A stretch of 64,000 nucleotides of DNA from Mobula hypostoma (lineage: Eukaryota), in NCBI RefSeq assembly GCF_963921235.1, contig NC_086108.1, positions 47,990,001 through 48,054,000 on the forward strand, read 5' to 3'. The stretch's first letter is position 1. Every line of letters starts with the position of its first letter. Made by a program: the position numbers and the translations under genes. The notes below the pieces were generated by a model. It did no database searches, was not told the origin of the DNA, and worked only from the letters and a program-made list of their open reading frames with translations. Shown here piece after piece: positions 24,901-36,984 of this stretch.

Positions 24901-26099
24901 ATAAGTTTGCAATACTGATTGCTTGAGGAGAGAAGAAATGGGTTTAGAGACATAATGTATATACTGAATTTTAAAAGAAGGCTAAGATGATTGAAAAGAA
25001 CAAAAGGCAGAGGCAGCAGTCTTGATTAAATTTCACGTGAATTAGGATGGTTAAAGGATCGTTTTATTAGCAAAACAAACTAGACTGGATTTTTAAAGAA
25101 AATTCCTGAAATGTTGTAGTTTGGATTCGAGAGGCTGGAATTCCACATTTTGAAGGTTAAAAAGAAAGAACCACAGTGCAGATTCAAAACTAAAACTAGA
25201 AGTGCTGGAAGTATCCAGCAGGTAATGCAACAACTATGCAAAGATTAATAGAATTAATGTTTCAGGTGAAAGACCTTTAATCAGAATCAGGAAAGAGAGA
25301 AAACAAATTAGATGCAATTCAAATTATTTGGCTTTCATGCCCACATGGACAGAAAACCCTATATATTAACACCTATATCTAAACCATATATATAACCCCT
25401 ATAAAACCCTTAAATATTGTTTGAATAAGGATGGTACACTCCAACATTTTAAGAATAAGCTATTTGTCTAGGCTCTGAATAATCAGCTGGGCAGGATCTT
25501 ACAATGGACAGAAATATTCAGAGAGGTAGTATTTCTACGACCTGTTTTACATCAACACTGAAAATACATTACAGAACTTTGTTAAAATAAGCTTTGGTGC
25601 CTCATTTTTTAAATTCTTTCTATTTCAATGACTACAAATGTTGTATATGATCCTGGTGGCTACTGATGGACAGTACTCAGTGCTGTGCCTGCACCTTCAA
25701 TATAGCATAACTCTAGTTAATGTGCATTTAAGAATTATTGCCAATTTTCCAGTCAATCAATAGGTTTTCCTTTCCAGTTCAACTAAAGTTTTCCAGTTTA
25801 GAATATCACAGGACATCATGGTGGCACTGTTTTACATGAACATATACGTTGCAAATTCTGAAACCTTGTAAGTTTTGTAATTTTACTAAGACTGCTCCAA
25901 TTCCATGACTTTTTTTTATGATGACTTAAGGGGAACTTCTTCACTGAGGATTTAACACAACCCAAATAGTGATCATTGTAGCAGGGTCAAGACTGGTCAG
26001 AATGGCATTTGGGGCTTTCAGTGACGTGGGTAACTTAATTTTACCCCCTTAACAAAGAACAACAATGTTGTTTTCTGCTCAATTTCTCAACTGCATTAT

Positions 26100-28135
26100 C
26101 AATACACCCTTAAGTAGAGTAGGCAATGATAGGAGCAAAGGTTAAAGAATTGTCCAAAATATGTCCCCAAAATGGAGTCAATTATCAGACTAAATCTGAG
26201 GAAGTGATGGAACTGCTTGAACAATGTAGGCTAAAATAATAATTCTACAGGATTGTGATAGAAAACAAGTCTCAAGATCACGGAAAAAGAGATGATCTTA
26301 AGAAAACATAAATATGCCCTACTTTATCCTAGTTATGTGTGATTATTGACAGAGAAGAAAATAAAGTGAACAACAGACAATGGCTAATCGTGCAATGGTC
26401 AGGAGGGAATGTTCTCAAAGCCCTTTGGGAGGAAGAGGTGGAAAATGTCAGAATAACTGTCCAAATCACTTGGCTGGATTTTTCCTAACCAGAAATCTCA
26501 AAGAAGCATCAAGACTTAGCTTGGCTGGTGGTGAAGTGGGCACTCCTTTACAGAACCTTCATGTACAACAGGAGTCTGTCTGTAGCTACAGTGAGAATAA
26601 GACCATCATCCATCTTCTTCTAAATATATTTAACAAGCAGTCTGGAAAGAGATGCAGTGCCCCTTATTAAAATTCATTCTATGCAGTTGTGAAACATGGG
26701 ACACATGGCTCTATTTCCAGGGACACACTCTGAGGAAAACATCAGATGCTGATGAAAAATTACCAACTTGGTGAATGGCGTTCCTTGGTCTGCCCAAAAC
26801 TTGCAGGTCTTCCAGTGCGAAGAGATGCTCACATCTTAGTGTTGTAGTCTGGCACATTCCAAGGCGCAGGGCTATGCATTGCAGCTTCCACACAGGCAAT
26901 ATGAAGAAGGCCACATTAGCAAGTCCTCCTGCCATTACACTGAGTGTCTGGAACATATGCAACAAAAAAAGCCCTTTGCAATTATTATCACTCATGGAAT
27001 GGCGGTGGGGGAAAACTTTACGATATGCTGGTATCATTCCAATTTCTTGCAAGGAAATTACATTGTATGCTTTATTGTCAATTGTGGCAGGTGTACAGTG
27101 TGTCTAAAGAAAAATTTTATGAATAAGGTATATTTTTGAAAATAAAATTTTCTTTGCATTGATGGGCATTTGAGTGGGAGCTATTCCTTTTGCTAGTCTT
27201 GCTTTGATTCTATTTATGATATAAATTCCCCCAAATGTGTATCAATGTATATTCAGTCGTACAGTTCCATTAATTTTAGCACTCCTGGACCTTACACCAA
27301 TGGAAATGTTCTAGTTGTAAATAAAAAGGGAAATGCGGTAGGGGAAGGGTGAAACAAGAGGAGTCCAGTCCAGCTGATTTGCTACTTAATCATTCTGCTG
27401 TTAGTTTGCAGGACATTGATGGAAGGGTCACAGTACTATCAAGCATACTCTAGTTACCTGCTTACTGATGCTCAGTTTGGGTTCTATCAGAATCACTGAG
27501 CTTATCCTGGCTCTGACTGTGGTCCCAAAGAGTGCAAATGTGAAGCTAGGACAGACTGTCCTTGAAATCAAAGCAATGTTTGACTGACTGTGGTATCATC
27601 GGTCAGGGTAAAATTGAAGCCAGTGGGCCTCCAGGGGAAACTGCTTTGCTTTTTGGAGTCACACAGAGGAGGGTGTTTGCAATTGCTGGAAGTCGGTAAA
27701 GTCGGTCTGAGGACTCTGTCCTGAGGAACTCCTGACATGATGCCCAAGATCCAACCATCTTTAGGTACTTCATCATTGACTTTCCTTCCATCATAAAATC
27801 AGATGTAGGACATTTGTATAATGTCTGGATCCATTCACAGCTTCCACCTGCAGTAGGATCTGAACAGCATTCCAGTGGGCGATGATAGGTGGCCAGTAAC
27901 AGTAGTACCACATAAGTGCCAGGCAACTCCCATCTCTAACAGCAGGGTTCAATGACTAGTCTTGGTGCTTAAAGGCATTATTGTCAACACCTTGATTGAT
28001 ACCATTGATCATAAAATCAATTGGAACTATGCAAAAATACTGTGGCTTCCAAGGGCAGGTCAGAGGTTGGATATCCTGTACAAAGTAGCTTAATTTCTAA
28101 ATTCCCAATGCCTTTCCACCACCTCTAGGCATATT
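26100..28135 (+). mobile_element. Highly degraded LINE relics (RTE-like about 26100-26900; CR1/L2-like about 27400-28135)
   Basis: Traces of RT motifs (VRRECSQSPL; cagtttgggttc and cttgaaatcaaagcaatgtttgac, i.e. QFGF and a DIKAAFD-like motif) with many stops. Confidence 0.4.
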
Positions 28136-28550
28136 ACGAGAGCAATACACACAAAATGCTGGAGGAATTCAGCAGGTCGGGCAATATCTATGAAAATGTA
28201 GAGCAGGTTGCATTGGGAGCACCAGATACAGTAGGCCCCAACAGTTTCCCAGGTGAAGTGTTGTCTCACCTGGATGATTGTTTGGTGCACTGAATGGGCA
28301 TGAAGAAGGAGGTAAATGGGCAGGTGTAGTATTTCTGTTGCCTGCAGGCATATGTGCCAGGAGAGAGATTAGTGGGGAGCGACAAATGGACAAGGGAATC
28401 ATGGAGGGAGTGCTCACAGCAGAAAGCGGAGAGTAGGGGAGAAGTAAAAATGCAAACACGAGGAAATCTGCAGATGCTAGAAATACAAGCCACACACATC
28501 AAAGTTGCTGGTGAATGCAGCAGGCCAGGCAGCTTCTCTAGGAAGAGGTA

Positions 28551-28586
28551 ATTCAACGTTTCAGGCCAAGACCCTTCGTCAGGACT
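28551..28586 (-). ncRNA. Hammerhead motif in Penelope 3' pLTR, mildly mutated
   Basis: Minus strand reads agtc CTGACGA a gggtcttggcct GAAA c GTT gaat: core intact, GUU triplet, weakened stem I. Confidence 0.6.
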
Positions 28587-29963
28587 AACTGAAAGAAGAG
28601 CTAGTAAGAGATTTGAAAGTAGGAGGGGGAGGGGGAGATCCAAAATGATAGGAGAAGACAGGAGGGGGAGGGATGTAGCCAAGAGCTGGACAGTTGATTA
28701 GCAAAAGGAATATGAGAGGATCATGGGACAGGAGGCCTAGGGAGAAAGAAAAGGGGGGGGTGAAACCCCAGAGGATGGGCAGGGGGTATAGTGAGAGGGA
28801 CAGAGGGAGAAAAAGGAGAGAGAGAAAAAGAATGTGTGTATATAAATAAATAACGGACGGGGTACAAGGGGGAGGTGGGGCATTAGCGGAAGTTTGAGAA
28901 GTCAATGTTCATGCCATCAGGTTGGAGGCTACCCAGATAGAATATAAGGTGTTGTTCCTCCAACCTGAGTGTGGCTTCATCTTTACAGTAGAGGAGGCCG
29001 TGGATAGACATATCAGAATGGGAATGGGACGTGGAATTAAAATGTGTGGTCACTGGGAGATCCTGCTTTCTCTGGCGGACAGAGCGTAGGTGTTCAGCAA
29101 AACGATCTCCCAGTCTGCATCTGGTCTCGCCAATATATAGAAGGCCACATCGGGAGCACCGGACGCAGTATATCACCCCAGCCGACTCACAGGTGAAGTG
29201 TCGCCTCACCTGGAAGGACTGTCTGGGGCCCTGAATGGTGGTAAGGGAGGAAGTGTAAGGGCATGTGTAGCACTTGTTCCATTTATTAGGATAAGTGCCA
29301 GGAGGAAGATCAGTGGGGAGGGATGGGGGAGACGAATGGACAAGGGAGTCGCGTAGGGAGCAATCCCTGCGGAAAGCAGAGAGGGGGAGGAGGGAAAGAT
29401 GTGCTTAGTGGTGAGATCGCATTGGAGGTGGCAGAAGTTAGGGAGAATAATATGTTGAACCTGGAGGCTGGTGGGGTGGTAGGTGAGGACAAGGGGAATC
29501 CTATTCCTAGTGGGATGGCGGGAGGATGGAGTGAGAGCAGATGTGTGTGAAATGGGAGAGATGCGTTTGAGAGCAGAGTTGATGGTGGAGGAAGGGTAGC
29601 CTCTTTCTTTAAAAAAGGACGACATCTCCCTCGTCCTGGAATGAAAAGCCTTATCCTGAGAGCAGATGCGGTGGACACGGAGGAATTGCGAGAAAGGGAT
29701 GGCATTTTTGCAAGAGACAGGGTGAGAAGAGGAATAGTCCAGATAGCTGTGAGAGTCAGTAGGCTTATAGTAGACATCAGTAGATAAGCTGTCTCCAGAG
29801 ACAGACAGAAAGGTCTAGAAAGGGGAGGGAGGTGTCGGAAATGGACCAGGTAAACTTGAGGGCAGGGTGAAAGTTGAAGGCAAAGTTAATGAAGTCAGCT
29901 ATCATTTTGGATCTCCCCCTCCCCCTCCCACTTTCAAATCTCTTACTAGCTCTTCTTTCAGTT

Positions 29964-29999
29964 AGTCCTGATGAAGGGTCTCGGCCCGAAACGTCGACT
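29964..29999 (+). ncRNA. Intact minimal type I hammerhead ribozyme motif
   Basis: agtc (29964-67) CTGATGA (29968-74) a gggt-ctcg-gccc GAAA (29988-91) c GTC (29993-95) gact (29996-99). Predicted cleavage after C29995. Confidence 0.82.
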
Positions 30000-30359
30000 G
30001 TACCTCTTCCTAGAGATGCTGCCTGGCCTGCTGCGTTCACCATTAACTTTGATGTGTGTGGAGAGGTAAAAATATGTGTGCTGGATGCGGAGGTTCATGG
30101 AGTGGGTAGGTGATGGCAAGAGGAACTCCATCCCTGTTAAGATGGTGGGAATATGCGGTGAGAGCAAATGTCTGCGATGGGTGAGAGCAACATCAATGGT
30201 GGAGGAAGGGAAACCTTGTTCTCACATTCAGAGGCCAAAACAATAAGAACTGAAATTCTTCTCAAAATATGTCCACCTCTCAAATTTCTTTACAGTCTCT
30301 CTGCACGTCCCAAGTTTTTGGCCTAGTTTAAATTGTTATTTGGTAATGCTTCTGTGAAG

Positions 30360-33325
30360 ACCATAACATAACAAGAGTCAGGAGCAGTATTAAGCCATTC
30401 GGCCTGCCAAGTCTACGCCATCATTTAATCATGATTTACTTTCCCCTCTCAATTTCATTCTTCTGCCTTCTCCTCAAACCTTTAATATACTTACCAATAA
30501 AGAACCTATCAACCTCTGCATTAAATGTACCCAGTGATTTGACTCCACAGATTCACCATCCTGTTACAGAAGAAATTCCTCTTTATCTCTGTTCTAAAGG
30601 GCAGTCCTTCTATTCTGAAGACATGCCCAACAGTTCCCAAACTCTCTCACTATCCATGTCCAGTCAATCCAGGCCTTTCAGTTTTCACTAGGATTCAGTG
30701 AGATTTCAGCCTCCCCTGCCCCCCAAATGCCCCTTGTACATTAATCCCGGAATCATTATCGTAACCCTCTTCTGGATACCCTCCAATACCAGCATACCTT
30801 TTCATAGATAAGGACTGAAAACTGCTCATAATACTCCTAGTATGGTCTGACCAATACCTTATGAAGTTATAGTGTTATTCACTTGTGTTTATATTCTAGT
30901 CCTCTCAAAATGAATGCTAACATCGCGTTTGCTTTCCTTGCCACTGACTCAACCTGTTGGTTAACTTTTAGGGAATTTGGCATTGGATTCCCAAGTAATT
31001 TTGTTTCTCTGATTTTTAAATTCACTACCCATTTAGAAAATAGTCAAAGCACTTACTTCTACCAAGGTACATGACCAGGTACTTCCCTGTGCTGTATGCC
31101 TCCTGCCATTTCTTTAGCCATTCTCCTAACGTGTCTAATTCCTCCTGCAGGCTTTCTGCTTACAGTACTCAACACTACCTGCCCTCCACTTATCCTTGTG
31201 TCATCTACAAACTTGGCTAGAAAACCATCAATTCCATCATCCAGACCATTAAGATGTAGCATGAGAAGTAGCGAACCCAACACGTCACCAGCAGCCAACC
31301 AGAGAAAGCCCCCCATATTCCCACTTTGTCTTCTGCCAGCCAGCCAATTTTCTATCCATGCTAGTACCTTTTCGGTAATACCATGAACTCTTATCTTGTT
31401 AAGCAGTCTCATGCGCAGCACCTTGTTGAAGGTCTTTTGAAAATCCAAGTAAACAACAACCTCCGATTCTCCTTTATCTCTCCTGCTTGTTATTTCTTCA
31501 AAGAACTCCAAAAGATTTGTTATCTAAATGGTCTTAAATCTTACCAGCCACTGAAGTCAGACTAACCAGCTTTGAATTTTCTGTCTTTTTTTCTCCTCAC
31601 TCTGCCCCCCTTCTTAGAGTAGAGTGACATCTGTGATTTTCCAGTCCTTTGGAACCATTCCTGACACAAGTAATTCCTAAAAGACCACTACTCGTGCCTC
31701 CTCATCTCTTCAAAGGTTCATTTTATTGTCAAAATATACATATCAAATACAACTCTGATATTCCTCTTCTCCAGATAGCCATGAAATACAAAAAAAATCA
31801 TGGGAGTCATTGAAAGAAAAGACATGAACCTCCTTCCTGCACGAAAAGGAAAAGTAAACAAAACTCACAAATCTCAAACCCCAACCCCCTCCCTCGCACA
31901 AAAGCTGACAGGTAAAAAATCATGTTGAAAATGGCAGATGGAACATCAAACCCAAAACCCCCAACCCCCTCCCTCGCAAAATAAACTGCGACAATAATGT
32001 CAAACCCGCATCCCCCATTGCAAAAAATAGCAACAATAACATCAAACCTCCAAACCCCTCCCTCGCAGAAACACTAACAGATCATTTATACGGAAAATGG
32101 AAGCTGGAATCTCAAACCCCAAACCTGCAACCCCCTCCCTTGCAAAAACAGCAACAAGAGCACCAAGCACCTACCCCCTCCCTCACAGAAAAGTACAGGG
32201 GTAATAGCATCAAACCCCAAACCCTCCCTCGCAGAAAAGAACAACGACAATAACATAAAAGCCCAAGCCCCTCTCTCACATACAGAAAAACACCAGACCC
32301 CAAATCCCCAAATCCTCTCTCTCACAAAAACTAACATATCGTCCACCCGGAACCTCAACCCGCCAATCGGCAACAAGAAAGAAAACACAGAAAACTGAAG
32401 GAGAGCAATATAAACTGCAGCCCAATAATACTTGAATCTTTGAATTTCGAAAACGCCCTCCAGTCAGAATCAAGTTCTGTCCTTCCATGGAGAGCGACTG
32501 CCACACCACTGTCTTACAGCCTTCCAAGTCTCCCCGACCCGGCTACCAGCCCAATGACCTGTGGCCTTTTTGGAGAGCTGGCCTCCTCCACATTCGCTGG
32601 ATGCTTCAATCTTCTTCAACGCTTTGAAATGGAGTCGACCATGGCCCCGCGCCCCATCTCTGGTCTTCTCCACGAGGCAGCCCTCGGTCATCTCTGGGGA
32701 CAGCAGAGTGCAAGATCATTTGATCGAACTCCAAACTGCACGTCAAAGGCTCCAACAGTTTCCGAAACACAATCAAGACAAAAAGGACAAGGAGAAGGCG
32801 TAGAAGAAGTGAAATAATGGAAGAGATTGCTATCCGGAAGATGTCGCCCAAGAAATCGTAGTTCACTGGCACTATCTTGTCTGGATATCTTAGCTATCTC
32901 TCTCAGAACCCTTGGGTGTAGTCCTTCCAGTCCAGTTGACTTATCCATCGTCAGATCTTTCAGCTTCCCAAACATCACCTTCTTAGTAAAAGCAACTATA
33001 TTTACTTCTGCCCCCTGACTGTCTCAAATTTTGTTGCATGTTGCTAGTGTCTTCCACAATAAAGACTGATGCAAAATATTTATTCCGTTTTGTCTGCTGT
33101 TTCTTTCTTCCCTATTACTGTTTTTCCAGCATCATTTTTCAGTGATCCAATGTTCACTCTTGACTGGTGTTTACTCTTTACATACCTGAAAAAAATCAGT
33201 ATCCTCTTTTGTTATTTCTGAGTTTGCCTTCATATTTCCTGTTTTCTCAACTTACTGTTTTCTTAGTTGTTTTCTGTTGGCTTTTAAAAGCTTCCCAGTA
33301 CTTTAGCTTCCTGCTTATTTTTTGC
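30360..33325 (-). mobile_element. Decayed CR1 LINE interrupted by an insertion
   Basis: 3' UTR near 30360; RT segments VYLDFQKTFNKV and AKFVDDT (31059-31511); KSTGLEGLHPRVLRE (32890-32980). Junction atctcttca|...|gctatctctctcagaacc. Confidence 0.8.
31713..32890 (-). mobile_element. Non-autonomous retroposon with LINE-type tail and internal degenerate minisatellite
   Basis: caaaggttcattttattgtc 3' end like Rex1-type tails. About nine caaacccc..ccctccctcgca..aaaa units at 31875-32335. No RT motifs. It interrupts the CR1. Confidence 0.55.
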
Positions 33326-33336
33326 AATATTGTATT

Positions 33337-33512
33337 GGGGTGCCACGGTAGCATGGCGGTTAGCACAACATTATCTCGGGACGTCGGAGTTCAGAGTTGA
33401 ATTGTAACGTCATCTCTAAGAGTCTGTCCACCCTCCCCATTTTCTCCAGGTCCTCCACTTTCCTCCCACAGACCAAAGACGTACCAGTTGGTGTGTTACT
33501 TGGTTATTGTAA
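33337..33512 (+). mobile_element. V-SINE-like relic
   Basis: cacggtagcatggcggttagcac head and tttcctcccacagaccaaagacgtacc V-domain remnant. Confidence 0.6.
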
Positions 33513-33618
33513 TAGGATGTACATTCTAGATGTTTAGAATCCAGCTGTTATCTTCTTTTAGCCACGACTCTGTAATGCCCACAGCATCATACCTGCCAAT
33601 TTCTAACTGCACTATATA

Positions 33619-35185
33619 CAGGTGTCCCCCGCTTTTCGAACGTTCGCTTTACGGAATCTCACTGTTACGAAAGACCTACATTAGTACCCTGTTTTCGCTT
33701 TCAGAAGGTGTTTTCACTGTTACAAAAAAAAAGCAGCGTGCGATAAAAGGCAGCGCGCGCCCCGAGCAGCCGCTCTCCCCGGATTCAGAACTGCATTCTC
33801 GCCGGCATTGCTTTAACACGTGCCCGTGAGCAGCCATTAGCAAGATGAGTCCTAAGGTATCGGAAAAGCCTGAAAGAGCTCGTAAGGGTGTTACACTTAG
33901 CGTAAAACTAGACATAATTAAACGTTTTGATCGTGGTGAACGAGACAAAGTGAGTTTGGCTTGTGGAAACTGATGAACATGATGTTGAAGGGGATTGGAC
34001 ATCCCATGACCAAGAACTGACAGATGAAGAGCTGATGCAGTTGGAAGAAAAAAGTTTAACAATCGAAACCGAATGAGTTATGATAAAGTACGACTTTAAT
34101 TTTGAAAGGGTACGTTAGTTTAGGGGATATTTGCAGGATGGTTTGAGTGCTTACAAAGAACTGTGTGATAGAAAAATGCACGAGGCTCAGCAGTCAAGCA
34201 AGCCTTCCACATCAGCCACAGCAGATGACGAACCGCGACCTTCGACATCGAGGCGAGCTGTCATCGGAGGTGAGCTGCCGGCTCTAATGGAAACAGACGA
34301 CAAGATGACACCCCAGTGTCCCACCACCCCAACCCCCAGGCTACGGACAGATACCAATTCGCAGAGAATGCAACGGTAGCTGGGAGGCACACAGCACATC
34401 TTTAAGAAAAAAGCTGAAATAAACATACTAATTAATTAGGTGCTGCCAGCATGTAAATGTCGGCCCAGATCAGAGATGATGCAATCGGAAATCAGCACTG
34501 ATCTGGGCCGACAATTACGTGCTGGGTGGCACCTAATTAATTAGCATGTTTGTTTCGGCTTTTTTCTTAAAGATGTGCTGGGTGCCTCCCGGCTACCGCT
34601 GCACCCCTGTGTGCTTCGCAGCAATGTATCGGTCGGCAGCCTGGAGGGTGGGGAACACTGCACCACCCAACCTGCGATGACTCAGTCTAACACACCATCA
34701 TCCGTGTGCTCGGCGCTGTCTTCCTGATTCTGGTAAGTGACTACACTGTACATACATTATTTCTACTTTATATCGGCTGTGTATTTTTACGTGTTATTTG
34801 GTATGATTTGGCAGCTTCATGGCTTAAAGGTTACTGGAGAGCGCTGGCGCCGTGTTTTTGCCAACAGCGCTTGCATGAGATTTTCTGCTGATGGCGCTTG
34901 CGTGAGATTTTCGCTCCGGAGAACAGTTCAGTAATGATTGTGGAAAAGTATTTCTACTTTATATAGGCTGTGTATTTATCGTAAAATTCCTGCTTTTATT
35001 ATATGTTACTGTTATTTTAGGTTTTATATGTTATTTGGCATGATTTGGTAGGTTATTTTTGGGTCTGCGAAGCTCACAAAATTTTCCCATATAAATAAAT
35101 GGTAATTGCTTCTTCGTTTTACGACATTTCGGCTTATGAACCGTTTCATAGGAACGCTCTACCTTCGGATGGCAGGGGAAACCTG
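33619..35185 (+). mobile_element. Tigger/pogo DNA transposon, internal-deletion derivative
   Basis: TA|caggtgtcccccgc ... gcaggggaaacctg|TA. ATG 33845 (MSPKVSEKPERARKGVTLSVKLDIIKRFDRGE) is fused directly to the C-terminal SHDQELTDEELMQLEE segment. Confidence 0.92.
34370..34602. repeat. Long imperfect palindrome inside the Tigger element
   Basis: Arms of about 104 bp (gcaacggtagctgggaggcac..cggcccagatcag / ctgatctgggccg..gtgcctcccggctaccgctgc) around a loop of about 24 nt; weaker pairing extends to about 34314/34660. Confidence 0.9.
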
Positions 35186-36984
35186 TACTCATCTACTTTG
35201 TTTTGTATACTGTGTTCATTACACCCTTCATCAGGACTCACTTTAACCCGAAGCATCAATTCCCCTTCATAGGTGTTGCCTGACCCATTGAGTTCCTCCA
35301 GCATTTTCTCCATTGCTCCAAATTTCCAACATCTGTCGTTTCTTCTGTCTTTCGTGTTTCTTCTCATTGACCCTAACATTTAAAGATCATACTGGCCGCT
35401 GAACTGAAAAGGCTATATTTTATGTGACTGGGAATGTTAGCAAATGAGAAGAAGAAGTCTCTTAAAGACTGAAATGAAATACAATCTAGAGTGTAGTTAT
35501 AATAACTTAATTTCTCCAGAACTAGACAGATACCTGTCAGGAACATTAGGAGATGCAGCATTTGTTTGGCCCGGATTCTTGCAATCCTATGTATGTATGT
35601 ATGTATATGCATTTTTATCACATTGGCAATGTGACCCTGGGTGATGAATTTAACTGTGAATATCTTTACTTCTGCATACCCGAATGCTTTGACTGAGTTG
35701 AGCTTTCACAAATGCAATGCCCAAGAGACAAATATATCATTTATTTCCTGAACATTTTGATTTGGAGAACTGCTATAATATCTTTATAATAATGAAAGAC
35801 AAACATAAAACCTCAATACTATTTCCTATTCTGGATATGAATGAAATATTGAGAAAATGAAGAGGTTTAATCATAGAATTGTGAGAATTTTTTAACACAA
35901 CAGAGGGGTGATAACCATTCTAAGTGATAAGTACTTTCAATGGAAAAGATTTATCCATTGTATATTTTCAGAGAGGTATATTCTTACTATTAGGATCACT
36001 TGAGTGTTTAAAGTACATACATGTTCATTGTAATAGCCGAATCAAACTTGCATATGAAACTTCTTTGAAAATTCAAGGCTTTCCTTTCTGCTTTTACTTG
36101 AAGACCACTGTCTAACACCATGTCCTGAAGAAGGACTTCAGCCTAAAACATCAACTATCATTAGTTTCCATAGATGCTGCCTGACCTACTGAGTTCCTCC
36201 AGCATTTTCTGAGTGTTACGATCTCCAGCCTCCTCCAAAAGCCTGGCTGTGGAGTAAATGCCTTTTGGTTTGAGGCATTGAATGTGCAGCTGACTGCTCA
36301 GGATTGGTCTGTCACCCATGTATGCTCAGTAATATTTATCTTTCTCATCTCACAATTGGCTCAATATCTTCAAAATTATTTGAAGAAAAGTCATGGAGCA
36401 AATTTTTCAAAGCTTCACTGAAGTGAATTATATTAAAGTAGGTTCTTTTTAGGTGAGTGACAGAGAGAAGATTGATAATGTGTAAATTACACACCCAAAC
36501 TATCATTTGGATTTATGTTGTGCAACGCTGAAGAAACAGAAAGAGGATTCAAGGGCTCTGGAGATCCCGGGGTTTCAGTGGGGTGTGGGGGAGGGGTGAG
36601 AGACCAGTCACTTCTACTCCAGGCTCAAAGAACACCTGTTGAATTTTGAAGCCTGCTAATTACTTCAGCGCTTTTCTGGCAATTAGTAAAGGTCAATGAT
36701 AACATCTTTCACCTGTGAGACAGAGGATCTCATTGTGAACCACCGTGTGTGGAAATAGGAGAGGGAGACAGAAAAGGGGAAAGTTGGATTTTGAAAACAA
36801 ATGAAGCCTTTTTTTGAGAGGGGGGAGAAGCTCAAAGGGGCTGAGGAACATTGGTGTGGTGGGGGATGGGTCTAATGGCTTCCTGCCACCTGCCCTTTTG
36901 TGAATGAATAAATTCAGGGTAAGTTGAGTGCTGTGGCTTGGTGGTGATGGTGGTGTCAATTTGCAACTAGGGAGTTGTTCATTT

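Larger units (their letters stand above)
28452..30059 (-). mobile_element. Penelope-like element (RT C-terminus, GIY-YIG endonuclease, pLTR), 5'-truncated with inverted pLTR
   Basis: TSD ggagaagtaaaaat (28438-28451) / ggagaggtaaaaat (30060-30073). GIY-YIG VIYCVRCSRCGLLYIGET..RFAEH (28883-29209). RT end (FHPALKFT..LPFLD). 29899-30059 is an inverted copy of about 28492-28651. Confidence 0.93.
28140..30225 (-). mobile_element. Older Penelope fragment hosting a younger Penelope insertion
   Basis: GIY-YIG-like QVRQHFTWETVGAYCIWC at 28200-28280. Host sequence resumes after the TSD at 30074 (LPSPTHSMNLRIQH). Confidence 0.75.

Noticed and set aside
31875..32335. Repeat-spacer-like array suggesting CRISPR
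   Set aside because: Repeats are degenerate and variable in length, the spacers resemble each other, there are no cas genes, and the context is a vertebrate intron; it is a minisatellite.
36121..36157. Further hammerhead copies (also 17289, 25255, 35224, 40423, 47835) as active ribozymes
   Set aside because: Core positions (GAAA, CTGA or the NUH triplet) are mutated or truncated; they are counted only as family relics.
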